Origin: an uncultured Clostridia bacterium
GTDB lineage: Bacteria > Bacillota > Clostridia > TANB77 > CAG-508
Assembly: GCA_944388045.1 (NCBI GenBank)
Contig: CALXHG010000007.1
Span: forward strand, 23,440 to 87,439
Reading direction: 5' to 3'
Length of the DNA: 64,000 nt
In this document: piece after piece, positions 9,671 to 18,691 of the stretch
Layout of the letters: every line of letters starts with the position of its first letter
Numbering within the stretch: position 1 is the first letter of the stretch
Notes under the pieces: generated by a model
The model's database searches: none
The model's input: the letters and a program-made list of their open reading frames with translations, nothing else
Told to the model about the DNA's origin: nothing
Made by a program: the position numbers and the translations under genes

Positions 9671-10300
9671 CTAATATAATAAAGTAATTTTAGTGCCTTC
9701 TTTTTTTATAAAACCTTCATCAGTCAACATTTTAATTTCTCTCATCAAAGAACTTCTATCAACACTAAAATAATCAGCTAAATCCGTGTATGTATATGGA
9801 ATGGTGAACACTTTATTCATAGAGCTTTTCGATAAAATCTCAAAATAAGATAATAATTTTTCACGAATACTTCTTTTTGTTAATAATTCAATACGTAAAT
9901 TTAAACCTATTATTTCATCTATAAATAATTCGCTCAAATTATTAATTAATTCTTTATGAAAAGCACATTCATATTCACATTTTTCAAAAAGAGTATCATA
10001 TGTAAAAAATAAAATCTCAGATTTTTTAATAGCTGTTACAAAAAGTTCATTATTTGTATTTGCAGGATAAAAAACTTCACCAAAAATGTCATTTTCAACA
10101 AAATGACCTATTATAGTTTTATTACCATTAAAATCATATCTAATTAAATCAACTTCTCCACTTAGGACTATACATATCTGATTACGCTTTTCAATATATG
10201 TAGTAACAGTTTCTCCTTTTATAAAATTTTTAACCTGAATTTTTTTGCAATTTGCTTTAAAATTTTTTATAAAATTTTTTTTATCAAAATTAGTAACCAT
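9671..10300 (-). CDS. Crp/Fnr-family transcriptional regulator
   Basis: cNMP-binding-like beta-roll (..DIFGEVF..) and C-terminal HTH YTDLADYFSVDRSSLMREIKML. Confidence 0.8.
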   Translation of the reverse strand: MVTNFDKKNFIKNFKANCKKIQVKNFIKGETVTTYIEKRNQICIVLSGEVDLIRYDFNGNKTIIGHFVENDIFGEVFYPANTNNELFVTAIKKSEILFFTYDTLFEKCEYECAFHKELINNLSELFIDEIIGLNLRIELLTKRSIREKLLSYFEILSKSSMNKVFTIPYTYTDLADYFSVDRSSLMREIKMLTDEGFIKKEGTKITLLY

Positions 10301-10408
10301 AACATTTTCTCCAAAATTAAATAAATTTGAAATTTAGAATACTTCAAAATTCTACATAAAAATTATACTTCAATTTATGATATTTTTAAAAAGATTATAT
10401 TATAAAAT

Positions 10409-10424
10409 TGTTGCATTTGCAACA
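10409..10424. promoter_or_regulatory. candidate operator palindrome in the Crp/Fnr-nrdD divergent intergenic region
   Basis: TGTTGCA-TT-TGCAACA, with perfect 7-bp arms. Confidence 0.3.
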
Positions 10425-10649
10425 GATTTCAATAAAATTAAATGTATAATATGGTCATAATTTCTTTAAAGATTAAGAAATATTTTTTAGAAATTATAAA
10501 ATTTTTGGGGGATGAAAGTAATACTATGAAAGAATAAATTTATAACTATATACTTAAATTGTAAAATAAGAAACATAAGAGATATTTAGTTCAAAAGAAA
10601 TTCTTTTATTATTATAAGTGCCTTAGAGAAGAAAGGAATGAAATGTAAA

Positions 10650-12776
10650 ATGAAAGTTATTAAAAGAGACGGAAGAACAATAGATTTTGATCGTTCAAAA
10701 ATTCAAGTAGCTATTGAAAAAGCAAACAAAGAAGTTAGAGGAAAAGAAAGAGCAACTAAGGATGAGATAGATGAAATTATCTCATATATTATGGATTTAG
10801 GAAAGAAAAGAATGTTAGTTGAAGACATTCAAGATGTTATTGAAGAAAAATTAATGGAATTTGATAAATACGAATTAGCAAAAAAATACATTGTTTATAG
10901 ATATACAAGAGCACTAGTAAGAAAATCAAACACAACAGATGAGTCAATATTAGGATTAATACGTAATGAAAACAAAGAATTAGCAGAAGAAAACTCAAAC
11001 AAAAACACAATGCTAGCATCAACACAAAGAGATTACATAGCAGGAGAAGTGTCAAGAGATTTAACAAAAAGAATTTTACTACCAGAAAAAATATCTAAAG
11101 CACATGAAGAAGGAATTTTACATTTCCATGATGCAGATTATTTTGTACAACCAATATTCAATTGTTGTTTAATAAATATTGGAGATATGTTAGATAATGG
11201 AACAGCAATGAATGGAAAGATGATAGAAAGCCCAAAAAGTTTCCAAGTTGCATGTACAGTTACAACACAAATAATTGCAGCTGTTGCAAGTAACCAATAT
11301 GGTGGACAATCTGTAGATATGAAACATCTAGGAAAATATTTACGCAGAAGTCATGACAAAGTAAAGAAAAGATTAACAGAAAAATATGGTGGAAAATTAA
11401 GTAAAGACATAATTGAAGACATGGTAAAAGATAGAGTAAAAGAGGAGCTATCAGCAGGAGTTCAAACAATCCAATATCAAATAAATACTTTAATGACAAC
11501 TAATGGACAATCACCATTTGTAACTTTATTTTTACACTTAGACCCAGATGATGAATACATTAATGAAAATGCAATGATAATTGAAGAAATCTTAAAACAA
11601 AGAATTCAAGGAATAAAAAACGAAGTAGGAGTATATGTAACACCAGCATTTCCAAAATTAATTTATGTTTTAGATGAACACAATTGTTTAAAAGGTGGTA
11701 AATATGATTATTTAACAAAATTAGCTGTTAAATGTTCAGCAAAGAGAATGTACCCAGATTATATTTCTGCTAAGAAAATGAAAGAAAATTATGAAGGAAA
11801 TGTATTTAGCCCAATGGGATGCAGAAGTTTCTTAGCCCCATGGAAAGATGAAAATGGAAATTATAAATTTGAAGGAAGATTTAATCAAGGAGTAGTAAGT
11901 ATTAATTTACCACAAATTGGAATTATAGCTAATGGAGATGAAGATAAATTCTGGAAATTATTTGATGAAAGATTAGAATTATGCAAAGAAGCAATTATGT
12001 GCAGACATTATGCATTACTTGGAACAAAATCAGATATATCTCCAATACATTGGCAAAATGGTGCAATAGCACGTTTGGCAAAAGGTGAAAAGATAGATAA
12101 ATATCTATTTGGTGGATATTCATCAATATCATTAGGATATATTGGAATATATGAATTAACAAAATTAATGAAAGGTGTATCACATACAGAGCCAGAAGGT
12201 CATGATTTTGCAATAAAAGTTATGAAACATCTTGAAGAAACAGTTCAAAGATGGAAAAAAGAAACAAATATTGGATTTGCATTATATGGAACACCAGCAG
12301 AAAGCTTATGTTATAGATTTGCTCGTATAGATAAAGAAAAATTTGGAAGTATTCCAGATGTAACAGATAAAGGATATTATACAAATTCTTATCATGTTGA
12401 TGTTAGAGAAAAAATTGATGCATTTAGTAAGCTTAAATTCGAAAGTGAATTCCAACCTCTATCAAAAGGTGGAGCAATATCTTATGTTGAAGTTCCAAAT
12501 ATGAAAAATAATTTAGAGGCTTTAGAGGAAGTTGTTAAATTTATCTATGATAATATTCAATATGCTGAATTTAATACAAAATCAGATTACTGCCAAGTTT
12601 GCGGATTTGATGGAGAAATGATTATTAATGATAATAATGAGTGGGAATGCCCTCAATGTGGTAATAAAGATAAATCTAAATTAAATGTTGTTAGACGTAC
12701 TTGTGGTTATTTAGGAGAGAATTTCTGGAATGTTGGAAAAACTAAAGAAATTAAGTCTAGAGTTATGCATTTGTAA
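10650..12776 (+). CDS. nrdD: anaerobic ribonucleoside-triphosphate reductase
   Basis: N-terminal ATP-cone (VIKRDGRTIDFDRSKI), Zn-ribbon CQVCG...CPQCG and glycyl-radical motif RRTCGYLG at the C-terminus. Start 10650 is preferred over 10638 by RBS spacing (AGAAAGGAA-N10-ATG, as at valS). Confidence 0.95.
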   Translation: MKVIKRDGRTIDFDRSKIQVAIEKANKEVRGKERATKDEIDEIISYIMDLGKKRMLVEDIQDVIEEKLMEFDKYELAKKYIVYRYTRALVRKSNTTDESILGLIRNENKELAEENSNKNTMLASTQRDYIAGEVSRDLTKRILLPEKISKAHEEGILHFHDADYFVQPIFNCCLINIGDMLDNGTAMNGKMIESPKSFQVACTVTTQIIAAVASNQYGGQSVDMKHLGKYLRRSHDKVKKRLTEKYGGKLSKDIIEDMVKDRVKEELSAGVQTIQYQINTLMTTNGQSPFVTLFLHLDPDDEYINENAMIIEEILKQRIQGIKNEVGVYVTPAFPKLIYVLDEHNCLKGGKYDYLTKLAVKCSAKRMYPDYISAKKMKENYEGNVFSPMGCRSFLAPWKDENGNYKFEGRFNQGVVSINLPQIGIIANGDEDKFWKLFDERLELCKEAIMCRHYALLGTKSDISPIHWQNGAIARLAKGEKIDKYLFGGYSSISLGYIGIYELTKLMKGVSHTEPEGHDFAIKVMKHLEETVQRWKKETNIGFALYGTPAESLCYRFARIDKEKFGSIPDVTDKGYYTNSYHVDVREKIDAFSKLKFESEFQPLSKGGAISYVEVPNMKNNLEALEEVVKFIYDNIQYAEFNTKSDYCQVCGFDGEMIINDNNEWECPQCGNKDKSKLNVVRRTCGYLGENFWNVGKTKEIKSRVMHL

Positions 12777-12802
12777 TAAATTTTGATATAAAGTTAAATA
12801 TA

Positions 12803-12849
12803 AATAGAGTGTGGTGCGACAGTAAGAAACTATCGCACCACACTCTATT
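12803..12849. terminator. GC-rich bidirectional terminator hairpin
   Basis: AATAGAGTGTGGTGCGA / TCGCACCACACTCTATT, a 17-bp stem with a 13-nt loop, between convergent nrdD and 12854..13495. Confidence 0.7.
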
Positions 12850-12853
12850 GTGT

Positions 12854-13495
12854 TTAGAAGAGGTTTAAACTCTCAAGTTTTGCCTTTGCTAAAGCAAAAA
12901 CCTCTTCCATCGTCATTTCAGTGCTGTCAATGTAGAAGTTTTTGGTTTTTGCGAAGTGAACCAAATCCGGATTCGAACCAGACTTGATCTCTGCATAGGC
13001 CCGACGTGTTTCGCGTTCCTGCTTACCAATGTAGGCGGGATACTCAAACTTGTCGGCATCAGGATCATTGCAAATCCGAGAATAAGCTACTTTGGCTTCA
13101 GCTACCATATGAAACATGATATCTGCCTGAGGCAGATCTTCCATATGATTGAGTTCTGCTATCCAAGAGTAACTAAATCCTTGTACGGCTCCATGAACAA
13201 AGCTGTCCAAGAAACCACGCTGGGTGATAATGAAATCATAGTCGTGATGCTCAATCATTTCTCTGATTTCAGTTCCAAAAATGCGGTTATCCAGTGCAAA
13301 CAGAAGCCTATCGGTATAGGCGTCTTTGCTCTTATCGAGCAAAGTTTTGTTCAGATAGACATCGTGCGGAAATCTATCCCGTTTGACACTGAACCCCTTT
13401 TCGGTGAGCCAAGCTTGCAGATTCCCAACCAAGGTAGTTTTGCCCGAGCCATCAAGCCCACTCACAACAATCCAGGTAGTTTTCTTCTTAGACAT
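12854..13495 (-). CDS. thymidylate-kinase-like P-loop nucleotide kinase (GC-rich, probably acquired)
   Basis: P-loop SGLDGSGKTT and a Tmk-like layout (..DRLLFALDNR.., ..ITQRGFLDSF..). Hand counts of two 60-nt samples gave 43-48% GC, against ~28% in the flanks. Confidence 0.6.
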   Translation of the reverse strand: MSKKKTTWIVVSGLDGSGKTTLVGNLQAWLTEKGFSVKRDRFPHDVYLNKTLLDKSKDAYTDRLLFALDNRIFGTEIREMIEHHDYDFIITQRGFLDSFVHGAVQGFSYSWIAELNHMEDLPQADIMFHMVAEAKVAYSRICNDPDADKFEYPAYIGKQERETRRAYAEIKSGSNPDLVHFAKTKNFYIDSTEMTMEEVFALAKAKLESLNLF

Positions 13496-13692
13496 AATTA
13501 AACCTCCTCAGAAGAATTGCGTCATTCTTTGCAAAAATTGCATAAAATGACTGAAAAAATAAGTATAAATATATTATATAATATATTAAGAATATTGTCA
13601 ATTAAATGAATTTTTTTTACAGTAGGAAAGTATAACTTTATTTTTGTAATATATATTAATAATGAAAACGAAGTTTTTATTTTTCTATAGTC

Positions 13693-14586
13693 TTAAAACA
13701 GAGTAACATTATTAATCCAAGAATTTAAAATTTCATCTGGAATTCTCAAGTTTCCATAACCAACACCAATATCAACATCAGGCTTAATTGAACCATGAAA
13801 ATCACTACCACCAGAAACAAATAAATTTTTTTCTTTACAAATATTTAGAACTCTTTCATGTTGTTCTTGAGTAAATGTTGTATAATAACATTCTATTCCA
13901 TCAATATTATAATTATCTAAAATGTAGTTTAAAATACGTTCAGCATTATCCCTATATTCAAAAATGTGTGGAATAAAAACTAATCCCCCAGCTTTTCTAA
14001 CAAGGTTACTTGTAGTAATAAAATCTGGAACTAAATCATCCATTTCTACATATAAAGGCATGTTTGGGTCAGACATATATTGTCTATAAAATATTTTGCT
14101 AGAATTCCATGATTCTGGAGTTAAAAGTTTTTTATTTTCTTCATGTTTTACAATTTCTTTATGAAAAAAGCCAGAAGCAAATGTATTAGGGTCATAATTA
14201 TCAGAACAATTTTTATCAAGTATAATACCATAATTAATACATTTATCATATAATCTTTTAAATTCTATTAAATTTCTTTCTTTAGGTGGTAAATATACTT
14301 TTGGAGCAAGAATATTCATTTTTTTATAATCTATACCATATCCTAAAATTTCTATTGGAATTTCCAAAATTTTTGTATTAAGCTCAATTCCCGGAATAAT
14401 TTTGCCTTTATATAAATTTGGAATATCTATTCTTTCTAATTCTTCGTAAGCTAAAGAGGTATTATGATCTGTTATTGAAATATAATTCAAATTTTTTTCT
14501 TGACATCTTTTTAAAACTGTTTCACAACTTTCAGTTCCATCTGAATAGGTTGTATGCATATGTAAATCTATCATATTAAATTTCAT
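13693..14586 (-). CDS. PHP-domain metal-dependent phosphoesterase
   Basis: N-terminal IDLHMHTTYSDGT, ISITDHNT and later GGSDFHG motifs. Confidence 0.8.
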   Translation of the reverse strand: MKFNMIDLHMHTTYSDGTESCETVLKRCQEKNLNYISITDHNTSLAYEELERIDIPNLYKGKIIPGIELNTKILEIPIEILGYGIDYKKMNILAPKVYLPPKERNLIEFKRLYDKCINYGIILDKNCSDNYDPNTFASGFFHKEIVKHEENKKLLTPESWNSSKIFYRQYMSDPNMPLYVEMDDLVPDFITTSNLVRKAGGLVFIPHIFEYRDNAERILNYILDNYNIDGIECYYTTFTQEQHERVLNICKEKNLFVSGGSDFHGSIKPDVDIGVGYGNLRIPDEILNSWINNVTLF

Positions 14587-14755
14587 TCCTTTCTGAGGTG
14601 TAGTTATAAAAGTAATTTATTTCAAACTAAAATTTTACCTCAAATTAAATATACCATTTTGCTAAAAAAAAATCAAATTATTTGATAAAAAGCTAAAAAT
14701 ATGGTATAATTTAATAGCTAAAATCATTAGAAAAAACATAGAAAGGAGCGACATA

Positions 14756-15256
14756 ATGACTATTGTCAAAGTTGCTACAAAAAATCAAGTCAAAATTGAA
14801 GCCATAATGAAAGCTTTTGAACGGTATTTTAAGGAGGTCAAAATAATATCTTATGATGTAAAATCAGGAGTTCCTTCTCAACCAATAAATGAAGATGTGT
14901 TTAAAGGTGCACAAAATCGTATAGATAACTTAAAAAAAGTAGATAGTCTACAATATGACTATTTAGTTTCCTGCGAAGGAGGATTAATTGAAGAATTTGG
15001 TCATTGGTTTAATCTGCAAGTTGTTCAAATAGAAAGAAATGATGGAAAAACTGGAATAGGATTAAGTCAAGGATGTCAAATTCCACCTGAATACATTAAA
15101 GAAATTCGCAGTACTAGTATTTCGAAGTTATTTAATAGACTTTTTGGAAAAAATGGAGGAATAAGTGTACTTACTTGTGGACAATTGAATAGAAAAGATT
15201 TGGTAGAAAACGGAACAATTATGGCACTTACAAGATTTTTAAATGATGCTTGGTAG
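14756..15256 (+). CDS. inosine/xanthosine triphosphatase, YjjX-like (DUF84 NTPase)
   Basis: VKVATKNQVKIEAI...VKSGVPSQPINEDVFKGAQNRIDN follows the YjjX N-terminal pattern. Confidence 0.7.
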   Translation: MTIVKVATKNQVKIEAIMKAFERYFKEVKIISYDVKSGVPSQPINEDVFKGAQNRIDNLKKVDSLQYDYLVSCEGGLIEEFGHWFNLQVVQIERNDGKTGIGLSQGCQIPPEYIKEIRSTSISKLFNRLFGKNGGISVLTCGQLNRKDLVENGTIMALTRFLNDAW

Positions 15257-15287
15257 GAGAAATGGGAGCGATTAGCTCCCATTTCTC
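15257..15287 (+). terminator. intrinsic terminator hairpin
   Basis: GAGAAATGGGAGC-gatta-GCTCCCATTTCTC immediately after the stop codon. Confidence 0.7.
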
Positions 15288-15353
15288 TTCTTGAATAGGA
15301 AAAATCGCTTTTTCCTATTCAAGAAAAGAGCTTCGCTCAAACGGATGCACACA
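15288..15353. repeat. Family C repeat (GAATAGGAAAAA hairpin plus AAAGAG..GCTCAAAC..CACACA tail), copy C1
   Basis: TTGAATAGGAAAAATCGCTTTTTCCTATTCAA plus tail. Related copies at 26480-26540 and, partially, 58287-58313. Confidence 0.6.
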
Positions 15354-15530
15354 AATTTTACTTTGTAAAATTTGGCGCACGAACAATGACGCGAACTTTA
15401 AAATGTTATGAATATATAAAATGTCTAAAAAAGCCCGCTATTGTTCATTGTTTCAAGTAAATTATTGTTGAAAAAAGTAATTAAATATGTTAAAATAGTG
15501 CTATTATTATTTTTATTTAGGAGAGAGAAA

Positions 15531-16151
15531 ATGGAAAAAAATATTGAAAAAGAATTAAAATCATTTAAAAAATTTAAAGAAACTTATATTTACACACCAA
15601 AAGAAATTGAAATAATAGATGGGAAGGAATACTATAATGGAGAACCTTTAATTGATGATGAAGGAAATGAAATAGGAGATTGCGAAAAATGGATAAATGT
15701 AGGTTATAAAAGAAAAGGTCCTTATGCTAAAGTTTTATCTAATTTATTTCCATATGAGTTTGAATTCAAAGGTAAAAAATTACAAAGTATAGAATCTTTT
15801 TTTCAAGGAATTAAATTCAAAGATATTGAAATGCAAAACTTAGTTTTTTCTTATCATAGTTTAAATTCTAATTATGTAAAGGTTTGTAGTGGATATGATT
15901 GGAAGGTAACAGGAATAGTTTATTGGCAAGGAAAAGAGATTAATAGATATGGTAAAGAATATGATGATTTAGTAGATGAATTATATATTTCTGCGATTCA
16001 AAATCCATTATATAGAAATATTTTAAAAACATGTGAAAGAGAAATAATTCACACAATGGGAGCAAAAGAGAAAAATGAAACTGTATTTACAAGATACGAA
16101 TTTGAAAGACAATTAAATTGCTTAAAAGATTTTTTAAAGAAAGAAGAATAA
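15531..16151 (+). CDS. NADAR (DUF1768/YbiA-like) domain protein
   Basis: VLSNLFPYEFEFKGKKLQSIESFFQGIKF parallels YbiA FSNFAAWPIKVDGKTWPTSEHYFQAQKF. The later AIQNPLYRNILKTCEREIIH parallels KFEQH..LRALLLAT..KLVEH. ATG 15531 follows an AGGAGAGAG RBS; the ORF-track start 15441 is a non-ATG extension. Confidence 0.55.
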   Translation: MEKNIEKELKSFKKFKETYIYTPKEIEIIDGKEYYNGEPLIDDEGNEIGDCEKWINVGYKRKGPYAKVLSNLFPYEFEFKGKKLQSIESFFQGIKFKDIEMQNLVFSYHSLNSNYVKVCSGYDWKVTGIVYWQGKEINRYGKEYDDLVDELYISAIQNPLYRNILKTCEREIIHTMGAKEKNETVFTRYEFERQLNCLKDFLKKEE

Positions 16152-16155
16152 TAAA

Positions 16156-17424
16156 ATGAATGAAAAAATAGATTTAAAAGATTTTGACATAATTGGAATT
16201 ATTTCATTAAATGATGTAGATGGAATAGAAAAATACGTAACACCAGTAAGAATAGATGACAAAATAGTAACATACTTGTCTCGCTCAAAAGAGTATTATA
16301 ATGTAAAAAGTATGACAGAATTAGCATTAGAAAGAGAAGAATTAAAAAATAAATTGACAAGAGAATTAACAAAAAGGAATTTTGTAATTTTAGAAAATAT
16401 GTTAAATTGTTCGGGAAAAGTATATTTTAAAAAGTTTGAAGAATATATTACAAAAGGAAAAAATGAAAAGATTAGATTTCAATTACAACAAGCCGAAAAA
16501 TGTTTAATTGAAGATGTTAAAAATATTTTAGTTCTTTTGCAAAATAAAGGACTAATTGAAATAGATCCTTGCAATATTCTTCCTGTTGGTGATGAAAATT
16601 CTGCTAAAAGATCTATTGAAATGGATAATAAAGCGATGTTATACATGTTTACAAAATCATTAAAAATGAACACAGATAGTAAGAAGATAGAAATATTAAC
16701 ACCAGGTTATGGTAGTATTTATTTAGGACCATTTTTCAAAGCTATGTATGGATATGATTTTACAAATATATTAAAAAGCAAGTATATTTCTGAAAGTAGG
16801 TCTTTATGTAATGATGAGATTTCTTCTTTAATGTCAAGTAATAGACCATTTAATACTAATAAAACAATAGTGCTATTAGATGATAATATTGGAACTGGTG
16901 CAACTTTATCAGAAATTAAATACCAGCTAAATAGAAGTAATGTGAATTGCATTATTTCTGGTGCTGTTCAATATAATTGGAGAAATTATTATAGGGTAAG
17001 TATAGGAGAAAAGAAAGATATAGATAGATTTGAAATTAGTGATTTTGATATTATAACTCCATTTAATTATGCAGGACATAAATTATATAAACATGCAATT
17101 GACCAATTACATTCTTCTGGATTGGAGTATATTGAATATTTAAAATCAAAATCATATAGAAAACAAAATTGTTGTGATTTAGAAGGTTCAGTACAAAGAG
17201 CACTAATTTGTGCTCAGAATACAGGTTTAGTCTTAACAGATAAAATATTACTTGGTTCTAACTTAAACAATACTTATTCTATAGAATTATTGGATAGATA
17301 TAAAAATGGACCACAACAAGTTACAAATCCAATTTCAAAGAAAATTATTGAATCTATAATCAAAAATATGGAACAATTAGTTAAAGAACAAGATGTTTTA
17401 GTAACTGAAAACACTTTTCAATAA
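16156..17424 (+). CDS. phosphoribosyltransferase (PRTase)-domain protein with unknown N- and C-terminal extensions
   Basis: PRPP-loop-like motif KTIVLLDDNIGTGATLSEI, preceded by ILTPGYGSIYLGPFF. Starts 4 nt after the NADAR-like stop, suggesting an operon. Confidence 0.5.
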   Translation: MNEKIDLKDFDIIGIISLNDVDGIEKYVTPVRIDDKIVTYLSRSKEYYNVKSMTELALEREELKNKLTRELTKRNFVILENMLNCSGKVYFKKFEEYITKGKNEKIRFQLQQAEKCLIEDVKNILVLLQNKGLIEIDPCNILPVGDENSAKRSIEMDNKAMLYMFTKSLKMNTDSKKIEILTPGYGSIYLGPFFKAMYGYDFTNILKSKYISESRSLCNDEISSLMSSNRPFNTNKTIVLLDDNIGTGATLSEIKYQLNRSNVNCIISGAVQYNWRNYYRVSIGEKKDIDRFEISDFDIITPFNYAGHKLYKHAIDQLHSSGLEYIEYLKSKSYRKQNCCDLEGSVQRALICAQNTGLVLTDKILLGSNLNNTYSIELLDRYKNGPQQVTNPISKKIIESIIKNMEQLVKEQDVLVTENTFQ

Positions 17425-17487
17425 TTTTTTATCTCATAAAAATATGCTAAAATTGTATAATTATATAAAAGATGTGAAAGGAAAAAA

Positions 17488-18636
17488 ATGAAAGAAAATT
17501 TAATTTTACCAAATTACGAACATTGTATATTAAATACAATAACATCAATTTTAAAATATTATAAAGTAAATACAAATCATAAAACATTACCAACATTAGA
17601 CCCAAAATTAGAACAAAAATATGATAATATAGTATTTATCATATTAGATGGAATGGGAGAACATATATTAAATAATATTTCACCTAATGGATATTTTAAT
17701 GAAAATAAGCTTGATACTGTAACATCTGTATATCCATCAACAACAACAGCAGCATTAACAACATATTATTCTGGAAGACCTCCATTTGAAACAGGGTGGA
17801 TTGCATGGTCTCAATATTTTAAAGAATATGGAAGAGCAATAGATATGTTATCACATAAAGAATCATATATTGGAGAAGATTTAAAAAATACGAAAATAGA
17901 TGTTTTTAAAGAAATAGTAAATTATAAACCTATTTATGAACAAATATAAGAAGCTTCTCCAGATGTTAAAGCTTATGAAATAACACCATCATATTCTGAT
18001 AAAAGAGCTAAAAGAAGTGTTAGAGCAGACAATTTAAATGAATTAATTAGTAATATAGAAATGGTTTGTTCAACACAAGGCAAAAAATTTATATTAGCTT
18101 ATTCAGATAATCCTGATGGAATATTACATAAATTTGGAACACAATCAGAAGAAGCTAAAGAATATATTTTAAATGCAGAAAAACAAGTACAAGAAATGGT
18201 TTTAAAACTTCCAAAAGATACAATTGTAATAATTTCTGCTGACCATGGTCATAAAGATATAGAAAAAGTATATTCATTAAATGATTATCCAGAAATAAGA
18301 GAATGTTTAATTATGCCAGAATCATTAGAATCAAGAAGTGTAACATTTTGGGTTAAAGAAGATATGAAAACACAATTTGAAGAAAGATTCAATAGAATTT
18401 TTAAAGATGATTTTTGGCTTATGACCAAAGAAGAATTTTTAGAAAAAAATATGTTAGGGTTTGGAGAAAAACATCCTAAAATTGATGATTTTATTGGTAA
18501 TTACATAGCATTATCTACAGGAAGTAGTATAATTAAAATAGAAACATTCTTAGGAGAAGGAAAGAAAGCAAAAAAATCAACACATTGTGGTTTAACAAAA
18601 GATGAAATGGAAGTTCCATTAATTGTGATTGATTAA
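17488..18636 (+). pseudogene. alkaline-phosphatase-superfamily (nucleotide pyrophosphatase/phosphodiesterase-like) gene interrupted by one in-frame TAA
   Basis: ORFs 17488..17949 and 18061..18636 share a frame, and 17950-18060 has no further stop. Motifs ILDGMG, VYPSTTTAALTTYYSG, ISADHGH and STHCG..EMEVPLIVI span both halves. Confidence 0.7.
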
Positions 18637-18691
18637 TTTACTTTTTATTTTCTTTTTTACTAAAAAAATAAGTTGTAGGAGAAGATTGAAG

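Noticed and set aside
10301-10637. NrdR boxes or a cobalamin riboswitch upstream of nrdD.
   Set aside because: I could not find a convincing pair of ACACWATATATWGTGT-like boxes (only a weak ATAACTATATACTT) or any B12-box. The region is too AT-rich and unstructured for a cobalamin riboswitch.
12956-13501. Antisense or shadow ORFs overlapping well-supported genes (e.g. 159..500, 12956..13501, 25382..25843, 50692..51192, 53073..53465, and many 60-100 aa Leu/Phe/Ile-rich ORFs).
   Set aside because: They lie opposite genes with clear family motifs, have low-complexity hydrophobic translations typical of AT-rich antisense frames, and lack an RBS.
17947-17949. Stop-codon reassignment (TAA read as sense) to explain the in-frame TAA.
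   Set aside because: TAA terminates many conserved genes in the window at their expected lengths (e.g. metG, mutL neighbours, efp region). No other conserved gene carries an internal TAA.
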